The notes under the pieces were generated by a model that saw only the letters and a program-made list of their open reading frames with translations, ran no database searches and was not told where the DNA came from. A stretch of 64,000 nucleotides of DNA from the NCBI GenBank assembly GCA_002842655.1, contig PHDP01000001.1, positions 1,247 to 65,246 of the forward strand. The letters are read 5' to 3'. The position numbers and the translations under genes are program-made. Origin of the DNA: Bacteroidetes bacterium HGW-Bacteroidetes-14. Its GTDB lineage: Bacteria; Bacteroidota; Bacteroidia; Bacteroidales; UBA932. Below, in pieces: positions 56,593-64,000 of the stretch (positions are counted from its first letter, which is position 1; the number at the start of each line of letters is the position of its first letter).

Positions 56593-58230
56593 ATGAGTAT
56601 GTTTTGCAATCAGTGTCAGGAGACAGCCAAAAACACGGGCTGTACCATTAACGGAGTCTGCGGCAAGAAAGAGGATACCGCAAACATTCAGGATTTACTG
56701 ATGTATGCATGCCAGGGGCTGTCATACATGACAATCGAAGCCAGAAAACATGGCATTGATACAAACGAGGAGAGCAAGCACATCACCAATTGTCTTTTCA
56801 TCACCATCACCAATGCCAATTTTGACAACCAGGCCATAATGGATGCAATAAGGGATACCCTCAGAATGAGAGACAACCTTAAAGCAAAAGTTAAAACCGA
56901 AGAGAAACACGATTCAATTTTCTGGACAGGTAAAACAGAAGAGGAGTTTCTCGAAAAGGCAGGCCGGGTGGGAACTCTTACTTTCGACAAGGATGAAGAT
57001 ATCCGCGCACTCAAGCAATATGTTCTCTTTGGAGTCAAGGGAATTTCTGCTTATTGCGAGCATGCATTCAACCTTGGATACGAAGATCCTGCCATTTACA
57101 ATTTCCAGGAGGAGAGTTTTGTAATGATTACAAAACCAATGACAATTGATGGCATGCTTGAATGGATACACCGCACAGGCGAATATGGAGTTAAGGTAAT
57201 GGCTCTGCTTGACAAAGCTAATACCTCAACTTACGGCTCACCGGAAATTTCAAAGGCAAAACTGGGAGCAGGAAAGAATCCGGGTATCCTGGTGAGCGGA
57301 CACGACCTGAAAGACCTGGAGCAGCTCCTGATACAGACTCAGGGAACAGGAGTAGATGTCTATACACACTCAGAGATGCTTCCTGCACATGGATATCCTC
57401 TCTTTAAAAAATACAAAAACCTGGCAGGAAACTACGGAGGCGCATGGCACACTCAGCTTACAGATTTCGAAACCTTTAACGGACCGGTCCTCTTTACAAC
57501 CAACTGTCTGGTTCCCCCAAGGAAAACAACTACATACAACGACCGGATTTTCACAACCGGAGCAGCAGGTATGCCGGGATGGAAACATCTCACAAAACGC
57601 CTTCCTAATGGTCAAAAGGATTTCTCAGAGATAATTGAAATGGCTAAAACATGCCCTCCACCAACAGAAATTGAGCAGGGAGAATTAACTGTTGGGTTTG
57701 CACACGACCAGGTACTGGCACTGGCAGACAAGATTCTTGCAGCAGTTAACTCAGGAGCAATTAAGAAGATGGTTGTAATGTCAGGTTGCGATGCGCGCCA
57801 GAAGAGCCGTGAATACTACACAGAATTTGCAAAGGCATTACCAAAAGACACCGTAATACTTACCTCAGGTTGTGCAAAATACAGATACAACAAGCTTCCG
57901 CTGGGAGATATCGGAGGAATTCCAAGAGTTCTTGATGCAGGTCAGTGCAATGATTCATATTCATGGGCATTTGTGGCACTCAAGCTAAAAGAGGTTCTCG
58001 GACTTGACGATATCAACAAGCTTCCTATAGTTTTCAATGTTGCATGGTATGAGCAAAAGGCAATTATTGTACACCTTGCCCTGCTTTATCTTGGCATTAA
58101 GAATGCACACATTGGGCCTACCCTGCCCGGATTCCTTACTCCAAACCTCTTAAAGGTTGTAGAGGAGAAATTCGGAATCAAAACTATTACCACCGTAGAC
58201 GAGGATATGAAAATCTTTGGTATAAACTGA
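56593..58230 (+). CDS. hcp: Hydroxylamine reductase / hybrid cluster protein (class I)
   Basis: MFCNQCQE...GC.I.GVCGK (Cx2Cx8Cx5C), [36 protein letters not shown]. Confidence 0.97.
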   Translation: MSMFCNQCQETAKNTGCTINGVCGKKEDTANIQDLLMYACQGLSYMTIEARKHGIDTNEESKHITNCLFITITNANFDNQAIMDAIRDTLRMRDNLKAKVKTEEKHDSIFWTGKTEEEFLEKAGRVGTLTFDKDEDIRALKQYVLFGVKGISAYCEHAFNLGYEDPAIYNFQEESFVMITKPMTIDGMLEWIHRTGEYGVKVMALLDKANTSTYGSPEISKAKLGAGKNPGILVSGHDLKDLEQLLIQTQGTGVDVYTHSEMLPAHGYPLFKKYKNLAGNYGGAWHTQLTDFETFNGPVLFTTNCLVPPRKTTTYNDRIFTTGAAGMPGWKHLTKRLPNGQKDFSEIIEMAKTCPPPTEIEQGELTVGFAHDQVLALADKILAAVNSGAIKKMVVMSGCDARQKSREYYTEFAKALPKDTVILTSGCAKYRYNKLPLGDIGGIPRVLDAGQCNDSYSWAFVALKLKEVLGLDDINKLPIVFNVAWYEQKAIIVHLALLYLGIKNAHIGPTLPGFLTPNLLKVVEEKFGIKTITTVDEDMKIFGIN

Positions 58231-58266
58231 TAACTTTCGCTCCCTTAAAATTTAATACTGTAATGT

Positions 58267-58869
58267 ATGAGAACTATACTGGCAGTATTTTTAATTCTTT
58301 TGCTGGTACCCTCATGTGAAAAAGATGAGGGTACCCAAAATGAACTCTTCTGGTCAAATGAAAAACTGGACCAGTCTCAGCCTCTGCTGAGTGAACTCCC
58401 CATGGATCTGACAAAAGTAATTGCTGTAATTGCATTTGGAGCAGATATGCCGGAAGTTTACAATCCAACATTTGAGTACTATACTACAACATCAGATGTC
58501 AGAATAAGAGCTGTCTGCAGCGGAACAGTAATAAGAAAAACTTTTAATGAACGTTTTCAGGACTACAGCATTGTATTGTTGCCCAAACCAAATTCGGCAT
58601 GGACAATTATTTATGACCATATCCTGAACTGCCCGGCAAAGGTGGGTGATGCCATTGTTGCAGGAGCAGAGATAGGGAGTATCGGGACCGGCAACAGGAT
58701 TGAGCTTCAGGTAAACAAAGTGGTAACCGGTTCGTCAGAGATCTCAGTCTGTCCTTTAATGGTTGCCGGTCCTGCATTCATAATCGCCCACAACGAGCTT
58801 CTTCAGAGGATATTGCAGGGTCAGCAGTACAGCTTTGGCTGGTGCATAAAAACAATAGTAACAGAATAA
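58267..58869 (+). CDS. Lipoprotein with a degenerate M23/LytM-like fold
   Basis: Lipobox VPSC; IRAVCSGTV, IYDHI...KVGD.IVAG..IG.IG pattern; Zn ligands missing. Confidence 0.6.
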   Translation: MRTILAVFLILLLVPSCEKDEGTQNELFWSNEKLDQSQPLLSELPMDLTKVIAVIAFGADMPEVYNPTFEYYTTTSDVRIRAVCSGTVIRKTFNERFQDYSIVLLPKPNSAWTIIYDHILNCPAKVGDAIVAGAEIGSIGTGNRIELQVNKVVTGSSEISVCPLMVAGPAFIIAHNELLQRILQGQQYSFGWCIKTIVTE

Positions 58870-58879
58870 TCAAAAGAGT

Positions 58880-59503
58880 ATGAAAAAACAATCTGTTCTC
58901 TTTATTTTTCTGTCAGCTATGCTGATTCTCTTTGCCTGCTTCTGCACAAGAGAGGAGCCTGCCGGCCCCACAGAAAACGACCCGCCAATGCTCAACAAGT
59001 CCGTCCTAGACCTTGCAGATGTAAAGGAGCTGAAGTTCTTCGGAGATTCTCTTGCTCGCAGGTTAAGACGTTCTTCAATTCGCTATCTCTCTTCAAACTC
59101 ACTCTCTGCAGTAACATCAGTATCTGTTGGAATTGTTGATTCTGTTGTATTCAATACTAATGCCCACTATCTGGACTACAGGATAAGAATAAGGGCATTC
59201 CCAAATTCACTCTGGTACATAGTTTACAACCATGTGGCAGAAGTAAAGGTAAAAGTTGGAGACAAAGTTGAGGCCGGCACTATTCTGGGCCGTGTTGGAA
59301 CAGGTGATCTTGTAGATTTGCAGGTGAGCAAAATCGCTTACGAAAATTCCGGAGTAACTCACGAGGCAGCCATCTGTCCCACTCTGCTCTTTCACGGCAC
59401 AATTGAGCAGGAGCATGCGTTGCTCATAAGCAGGCTTGGTATAACCACACAAATCTGCAAAGGGGGAACAGCCACTCCGTATTACTCAGAACTCTGGCGT
59501 TAG
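58880..59503 (+). CDS. Probable lipoprotein with a degenerate M23/LytM-like fold (paralog of the previous gene)
   Basis: Signal ending in Cys; PNSLW.IVYNHV..VKVKVGDKVEAG.ILGRVGTG..V.LQV...ICP. Confidence 0.6.
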   Translation: MKKQSVLFIFLSAMLILFACFCTREEPAGPTENDPPMLNKSVLDLADVKELKFFGDSLARRLRRSSIRYLSSNSLSAVTSVSVGIVDSVVFNTNAHYLDYRIRIRAFPNSLWYIVYNHVAEVKVKVGDKVEAGTILGRVGTGDLVDLQVSKIAYENSGVTHEAAICPTLLFHGTIEQEHALLISRLGITTQICKGGTATPYYSELWR

Positions 59504-59536
59504 CTACTTTGCCGTTTAAGTTTATATCTTTGCTCC

Positions 59537-60538
59537 ATGCAAACACCAGGCACCCTTCATCCCCGCAACAGACACCAGGGACAATATGACTTCGCGGAGC
59601 TTGTAAAAGCGACGCCGGAGCTCAGAAAGCATGTGTTCACAAACGAACATGGCATTACCACAATCAATTTCTTTGATCCAGAAGCGGTTAAGATGCTTAA
59701 CAAAGCTCTGCTGATGCACTTCTACGGGCTTGAATACTGGGATATTCCGGCAAACTATCTTTGCCCTCCTATTCCCGGCAGAGCCGAATACATTCACCGT
59801 CTGGCAGATCTGCTGGCCGAATACCCTCCCGCAGGCGGAAAAACCATTAAGCTTTCGGCCTCAGCAAAAGAAAAATCCGTTCCAAAAAGCAGAATCATAC
59901 TTGATATTGGCGTAGGTGCAAACTGTATCTATCCAATAATTGGATGCATGGAGTACGGCTGGGCCTTTATCGGGTCCGAAATTGACCCTGTCGCGGCAGA
60001 AAGCGCGTTGAAAATTGTCGAACGGAATGAGGCTCTTGATGGCATGGTAGATATCAGGTTTCAGCCAAACAGGTCAGATTTCTTTAGCGGTATTCTTCAA
60101 AAGGGAGAATTCCTGGCCGCCACAATGTGCAACCCTCCCTTTCACTCATCTCCCGAAGAGGCAAGAAACAAAGCCGCAAACAAACTCAGGAATCTCTCGG
60201 CGGGCAGATCAGAAGCTGAGGAGAAAATTATACTGGGTCAAAAGGAGCTCGCAGGCGGAAAGAGCCTTAAAAGCGGAAAGCCTAAGCTGAACTTTGGCGG
60301 CCAGAGCAACGAACTCTGGTGCCCAGGCGGAGAGATTCAGTTTGTACAGGAGATGATAAGGCAAAGTCACCGCTACGCAAAAAATGTAGGCTGGTTCACA
60401 ACCCTCATCTCAAAAAAAGAAAATCTGCCTGCAATCTACTCAGCCCTTAAAAAGGTATCGGCCTCTCAGGTCAAAACCATCGAAATGGGTCACGGCAACA
60501 AGAAAACCCGAATTGTCGCCTGGAGATTTCTGCTATGA
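59537..60538 (+). CDS. rlmF: 23S rRNA (adenine1618-N6)-methyltransferase
   Basis: LHPRNRH, LCPPIPGRA.YIH, LDIG.GANCIYP, MCNPPFH, LNFGGQ.NELWC.GGE. Confidence 0.96.
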   Translation: MQTPGTLHPRNRHQGQYDFAELVKATPELRKHVFTNEHGITTINFFDPEAVKMLNKALLMHFYGLEYWDIPANYLCPPIPGRAEYIHRLADLLAEYPPAGGKTIKLSASAKEKSVPKSRIILDIGVGANCIYPIIGCMEYGWAFIGSEIDPVAAESALKIVERNEALDGMVDIRFQPNRSDFFSGILQKGEFLAATMCNPPFHSSPEEARNKAANKLRNLSAGRSEAEEKIILGQKELAGGKSLKSGKPKLNFGGQSNELWCPGGEIQFVQEMIRQSHRYAKNVGWFTTLISKKENLPAIYSALKKVSASQVKTIEMGHGNKKTRIVAWRFLL

Positions 60539-61071
60539 CATTGTTACCATCCACTTTTGCAGCAATAGATTTTGAAACAGCCAACTCAAACAGTTCCAGT
60601 GTTTGCAGTGTGGGGATAGTTATTGTTCGGGAGGGGGTTATTGTTGATTCTGCATACAGGCTAATCAGGCCCGCACCAAACTTCTATTCATACTGGAATA
60701 CCAAAGTTCACGGAATGAGCTGCTACGACACCGACGACGAATGCGAGTTTCCGCAGGTATGGTCTCAGCTGGAACCACTTATCGAAGGATTGCCTCTCAT
60801 TGCTCACAACTCACCCTTTGACGAAGGCTGCCTCAAGGCTGTTCACAGACACTTTGGAATGCCATACCCCGGTTACAAGTTCTACTGCACTGTAAGGGCA
60901 TCAAGAAAACTCCTTCCTCAGCTGCCAAATCACAAACTCAACACCGTAGCCGCCCATTGCGGATACAATCTCATCAACCACCACCACGCCCTCGCAGATG
61001 CTGAGGCCTGCGCAGCTATCGCATTGTACCTCAGTGGACCTCACCTCAGAGGAAAAGTGTCAAATATCTAG
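60535..61071 (+). CDS. DEDDh 3'-5' exonuclease (DNA polymerase III epsilon-like)
   Basis: AIDFETAN, IAHN..FD, HHALADA.AC; ATGA overlap with rlmF. Confidence 0.92.
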   Translation: MTLLPSTFAAIDFETANSNSSSVCSVGIVIVREGVIVDSAYRLIRPAPNFYSYWNTKVHGMSCYDTDDECEFPQVWSQLEPLIEGLPLIAHNSPFDEGCLKAVHRHFGMPYPGYKFYCTVRASRKLLPQLPNHKLNTVAAHCGYNLINHHHALADAEACAAIALYLSGPHLRGKVSNI

Positions 61072-61147
61072 TAAACACGCAGTTAATAGAATTGTCTAAA
61101 AGCTAGAAATATTTGACACATAATGATTTGACACTTTTCCTCTGAGG
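61044..61147. mobile_element. 104-bp MITE-like element with perfect 22-bp terminal inverted repeats
   Basis: CCTCAGAGGAAAAGTGTCAAAT (61044-61065) is the exact reverse complement of ATTTGACACTTTTCCTCTGAGG (61126-61147); CA flanks both sides. Confidence 0.6.
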
Positions 61148-61218
61148 CATGTTGCTTTACCGGGATTTTTTTGTTATCTTGCAATACACCTGTTGCACCA
61201 TGTAATACAAATACTGCC

Positions 61219-61620
61219 ATGGATAAGCTGGAATTCACCGTCGATCCCGACATTTTCGAAAACATTGAGAGCGGTCGCCAGAAAGCCTTTGTTGCGCGAA
61301 TCAAACCTTCTGAGATACATGAGTTTTTCTACCTCACCTCTGAGAACAAGATTGATGTTAAGTATTTCAATACCATAGAGTTTAAAACCATATCGGAACA
61401 CATTTCAGATCTTGGGGACGGCTCAGTTGGTGCAGAGGGCTTTGACCTTGACGGAAGGCTCATAAAGACCTGCCGGTACAAAATAGGCTACGCAGAAATT
61501 GACTTTCTAATTCCAAATGAACTTATAGAAAAAGAGGTACCTGACCTTACCTCCTGCTACGATTGTGACCACATGCCACCGGTTGAAATCATGTTTCAGC
61601 TGAAGGAGAGACTTAATTAA
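61219..61620 (+). CDS. Hypothetical protein, divergent ASCH/PUA-like
   Basis: Start MDKLEF; F..I.SG.Q.....IKP N-terminus aligns loosely with the downstream paralog. Confidence 0.45.
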   Translation: MDKLEFTVDPDIFENIESGRQKAFVARIKPSEIHEFFYLTSENKIDVKYFNTIEFKTISEHISDLGDGSVGAEGFDLDGRLIKTCRYKIGYAEIDFLIPNELIEKEVPDLTSCYDCDHMPPVEIMFQLKERLN

Positions 61621-61642
61621 CAAAGAAATTATTTATCAGCCC

Positions 61643-62032
61643 ATGAAGACACAAACAATCCGCATTTCTAAAGCCGATTTTGAAAAGGTAGTAGCCGGAA
61701 AGAAAAAGGTTATAACCTGCGAAATCACCCCGGAGAACTCAAAAAAGTATGTATTCTTTTCCGATATGAGCACACATATCGACTATACAGACTGGAGCCA
61801 GATACCAGACGGAGCAGTGAGCATAAAAGTTGAACCAAAAGAGTTTGACTCAGTAAAACTTATTGGCGGAGGCGGAAAGGGCCCTCTCCCGTCATGCACG
61901 GCTCAGATTAAGGGTGCAGAGGTTATTTTTCTTGTAGACGATCACAATGAGCAGGTTTTCTATGATGTAGACGGGATAGACTTTCCAGGTCTTGTTGTGG
62001 ATTACGAACTGGGCAAAATCACACATAACTGA
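61643..62032 (+). CDS. ASCH domain-like protein (Bacteroidales type)
   Basis: I.I....FE.V..GKK.....EI.P...KKY, EP..FD.V.L..G, IKGAEV....D, V.Y.LGKI pattern. Confidence 0.6.
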   Translation: MKTQTIRISKADFEKVVAGKKKVITCEITPENSKKYVFFSDMSTHIDYTDWSQIPDGAVSIKVEPKEFDSVKLIGGGGKGPLPSCTAQIKGAEVIFLVDDHNEQVFYDVDGIDFPGLVVDYELGKITHN

Positions 62033-62068
62033 TAAGGATTTTTCATTGCCAAAGTATATCTTTGGGCC

Positions 62069-62935
62069 ATGAAAATCAGAAATGACAAAAAACCAGACTG
62101 GTTAAAAATAAAACTTGATACCTCCGGAGACTACTCAGAGGTAGGGCGTATAGTGAAGGAGCACGGACTGCATACAATCTGCAGCAGCGGAATGTGTCCA
62201 AACAAATCTGAATGCTGGAGCCGCGGAACTGCCACTTTCATGATACTTGGAGAAATCTGTACCAGATCCTGCAAATTTTGCGCAACAATAACAGGAAAGC
62301 CTCTTGAGCCCGACCAAAGCGAACCCTCTGCTCTAGCAAGGTCTGTTTCGCTCATGAAACTCAAACATTGTGTAATCACTTCCGTAGACAGGGACGACCT
62401 CCCGGACGGAGGAGCCTCCCACTGGGCAGAAGTTATCAAAGAGTGCCGCAAAGTAAATCCAGATACTACCATTGAAGTTCTTATCCCGGATTTCGACGGA
62501 AAACCGGAGCTTATAGACATAGTTCTTGAAGCCGGACCCGGCATTGTGGCCCACAACATAGAGACAGTAAGCAGACTTACCCCGCAGGTTCGTTCCAGAG
62601 CGAAGTATCCCGTCTCAATGAAAACTATAAAACACATTTCTCAAAGGGGATTCAGATCAAAAAGCGGGCTGATGCTCGGGCTTGGTGAGAGTGAAGAGGA
62701 GATCCTTGAAACACTGCTTGATCTGAGGCATAACGGATGTGAAATTGTCACAATTGGCCAGTACCTCAGACCAACCCTCAAACACCTGGAGGTTGCAGAA
62801 TATGTAACCCCGGAAAAATTCGCACAATACAAAGATATTGCACTAAAGATAGGCTTCTCTCATGCAGAAAGCGGCCCTCTTGTGAGATCTTCATATATGG
62901 CAGACAAGGCGGTAACCGGTACCTCAAAAAACTAA
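62069..62935 (+). CDS. lipA: Lipoyl synthase
   Basis: KPDWLK, C....CPN..EC, CTRSCKFC radical SAM motif, TSVDRDDL, VRSSY. Confidence 0.97.
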   Translation: MKIRNDKKPDWLKIKLDTSGDYSEVGRIVKEHGLHTICSSGMCPNKSECWSRGTATFMILGEICTRSCKFCATITGKPLEPDQSEPSALARSVSLMKLKHCVITSVDRDDLPDGGASHWAEVIKECRKVNPDTTIEVLIPDFDGKPELIDIVLEAGPGIVAHNIETVSRLTPQVRSRAKYPVSMKTIKHISQRGFRSKSGLMLGLGESEEEILETLLDLRHNGCEIVTIGQYLRPTLKHLEVAEYVTPEKFAQYKDIALKIGFSHAESGPLVRSSYMADKAVTGTSKN

Positions 62936-62958
62936 CGATAGAAAATCAGGAAATTCAG

Positions 62959-63621
62959 ATGAGCAGATTCATAGTAAAGGAGATGGGCCTCATAGATTAT
63001 AAAGAGGCGTGGGAGATTCAGAAACAACTTTTCAGCGAACTGATTGAAAAGAAGATGAAGGGAGAGAGCGGAGAGATGCAGCTCCTTCTTCTTGAGCATC
63101 CGCACGTATATACAATGGGACTCCACGGCAATACAGGCAACATGCTCTTCAGCGATGAAATGCTTGAAAAGATTGGAGCAAAATATTATAAAATCGAGAG
63201 AGGCGGCGACATCACCTATCACGGATATGGTCAGCTTGTGGGATATCCCATCTTTGACCTTGAAGAGCTGGGAATTGGAATCAAGCAGTATATCTGGGCA
63301 CTTGAGGAGGCGATTATCAAAACTGTAGCCGACTATGGGATTTCGGCCTCACGAATGGATGGTGCAGTGGGCGTCTGGCTCGACTGCGGAAAACCATCGG
63401 CCCGCAAAATTGCCGCCATTGGAGTTAAGGCATCCCGCTATGTTACAATGCACGGATTCGCCCTCAATGTAACAACCAACCTTGACTACTTCAACTACAT
63501 AAATCCCTGCGGTTTCGTCGACAAAGGTGTCACTTCAATCTCCAAAGAGACCGGCCTAACACCCACCCTCAAAGAGGTGGGAGAGAAATTCACAAAACAC
63601 CTTGAAGAGATTCTGGGCTAA
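62959..63621 (+). CDS. lipB: Lipoyl(octanoyl) transferase
   Basis: EHPHVYT.G, RGGDITYHG.GQLVGYP, KIAAIG, HGFALN, PCG. Confidence 0.97.
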   Translation: MSRFIVKEMGLIDYKEAWEIQKQLFSELIEKKMKGESGEMQLLLLEHPHVYTMGLHGNTGNMLFSDEMLEKIGAKYYKIERGGDITYHGYGQLVGYPIFDLEELGIGIKQYIWALEEAIIKTVADYGISASRMDGAVGVWLDCGKPSARKIAAIGVKASRYVTMHGFALNVTTNLDYFNYINPCGFVDKGVTSISKETGLTPTLKEVGEKFTKHLEEILG

Positions 63622-63671
63622 AACGTTGGCAGTGTTTATTTTTTCGTTAAATTTCGGGAAAATCAAACACT

Positions 63672-64000
63672 ATGAAAGCTTTCTCAATTGCAATTATGCT
63701 GATTCTCTCCGCCCAGTTTGCCACAGCGCAGAACAAAGGTGAGGCAGAACTGCCGGTTCCGGTTATTGACAGTACAATATGTTACGAAGGTGTGATGAGT
63801 GCAAATCCGGCACTCACAAGAGATCAGCTATATCAGAAGGTAAGGCAGTGGGCATCTGCAAAAATTGTAGTTCCACCCCACATTCCAACATTATTATATG
63901 ATAATCCGGCCGAGGGAAATCTCTCTGCACGAATGATGTTTCATACAATAAACCTAAGCGCATCAGCAAATACTAATTACATGATTCCGCAGGCAATCAT
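63672..64000 (+). CDS. Exported protein, DUF4468-like (truncated by window end)
   Basis: MKAFSIAIMLILSAQFATAQ signal peptide, then LPVPVIDSTICYEGV...LTRDQLYQKVRQW; frame stays open to the window end. Confidence 0.55.
   Translation, partial: MKAFSIAIMLILSAQFATAQNKGEAELPVPVIDSTICYEGVMSANPALTRDQLYQKVRQWASAKIVVPPHIPTLLYDNPAEGNLSARMMFHTINLSASANTNYMIPQAI

Noticed and set aside
59820-60290. Two Lys/Gly-rich insertions in RlmF sharing CGCAGGCGGAAA
   Set aside because: They fall in loops that appear variable in this family; a 12-nt match is too little to claim a repeat element.
460-63328. Many 60-170 aa ORFs antisense or out of frame within long genes
   Set aside because: Shadow ORFs with no motifs, fully overlapping well-supported CDSs.

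Overview
This is a 64-kb, gene-dense chromosomal window from a Bacteroidota bacterium, most likely an anaerobic, peptide-degrading Bacteroidales. The call rests on TAnnTTTG -7 promoter boxes, Bacteroidota-typical DUF4876/DUF6850/DUF5686/DUF6088 and Lnb-like proteins, and many peptidases. Housekeeping genes include cysS, ssb, nnrD, pdxH, hcp, rlmF, lipA and lipB. Peptidases of families S9 (x2), M3, S46 and M16 are present, along with two tandem propeller-sensor histidine kinases and an AT-rich AbiE-type (type IV) toxin-antitoxin cassette next to a 1281-aa secreted protein of unknown function. The best candidate for an undescribed system is 18628-31640. A TonB-dependent receptor/DUF4876 lipoprotein/DUF6850 barrel/S46 peptidase operon diverges from a membrane polyferredoxin (with HMA-like domains)/M16 protease operon. 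Between them is a perfect 18-bp palindrome that holds a -7 promoter box on each strand. Two small elements bounded by inverted repeats (31735-31879, 61044-61147), two predicted leaderless genes and several degenerate enzyme paralog pairs were also seen. I found no rRNA, tRNA, CRISPR array or transposase. Family assignments come from motif recognition by eye, not database searches.
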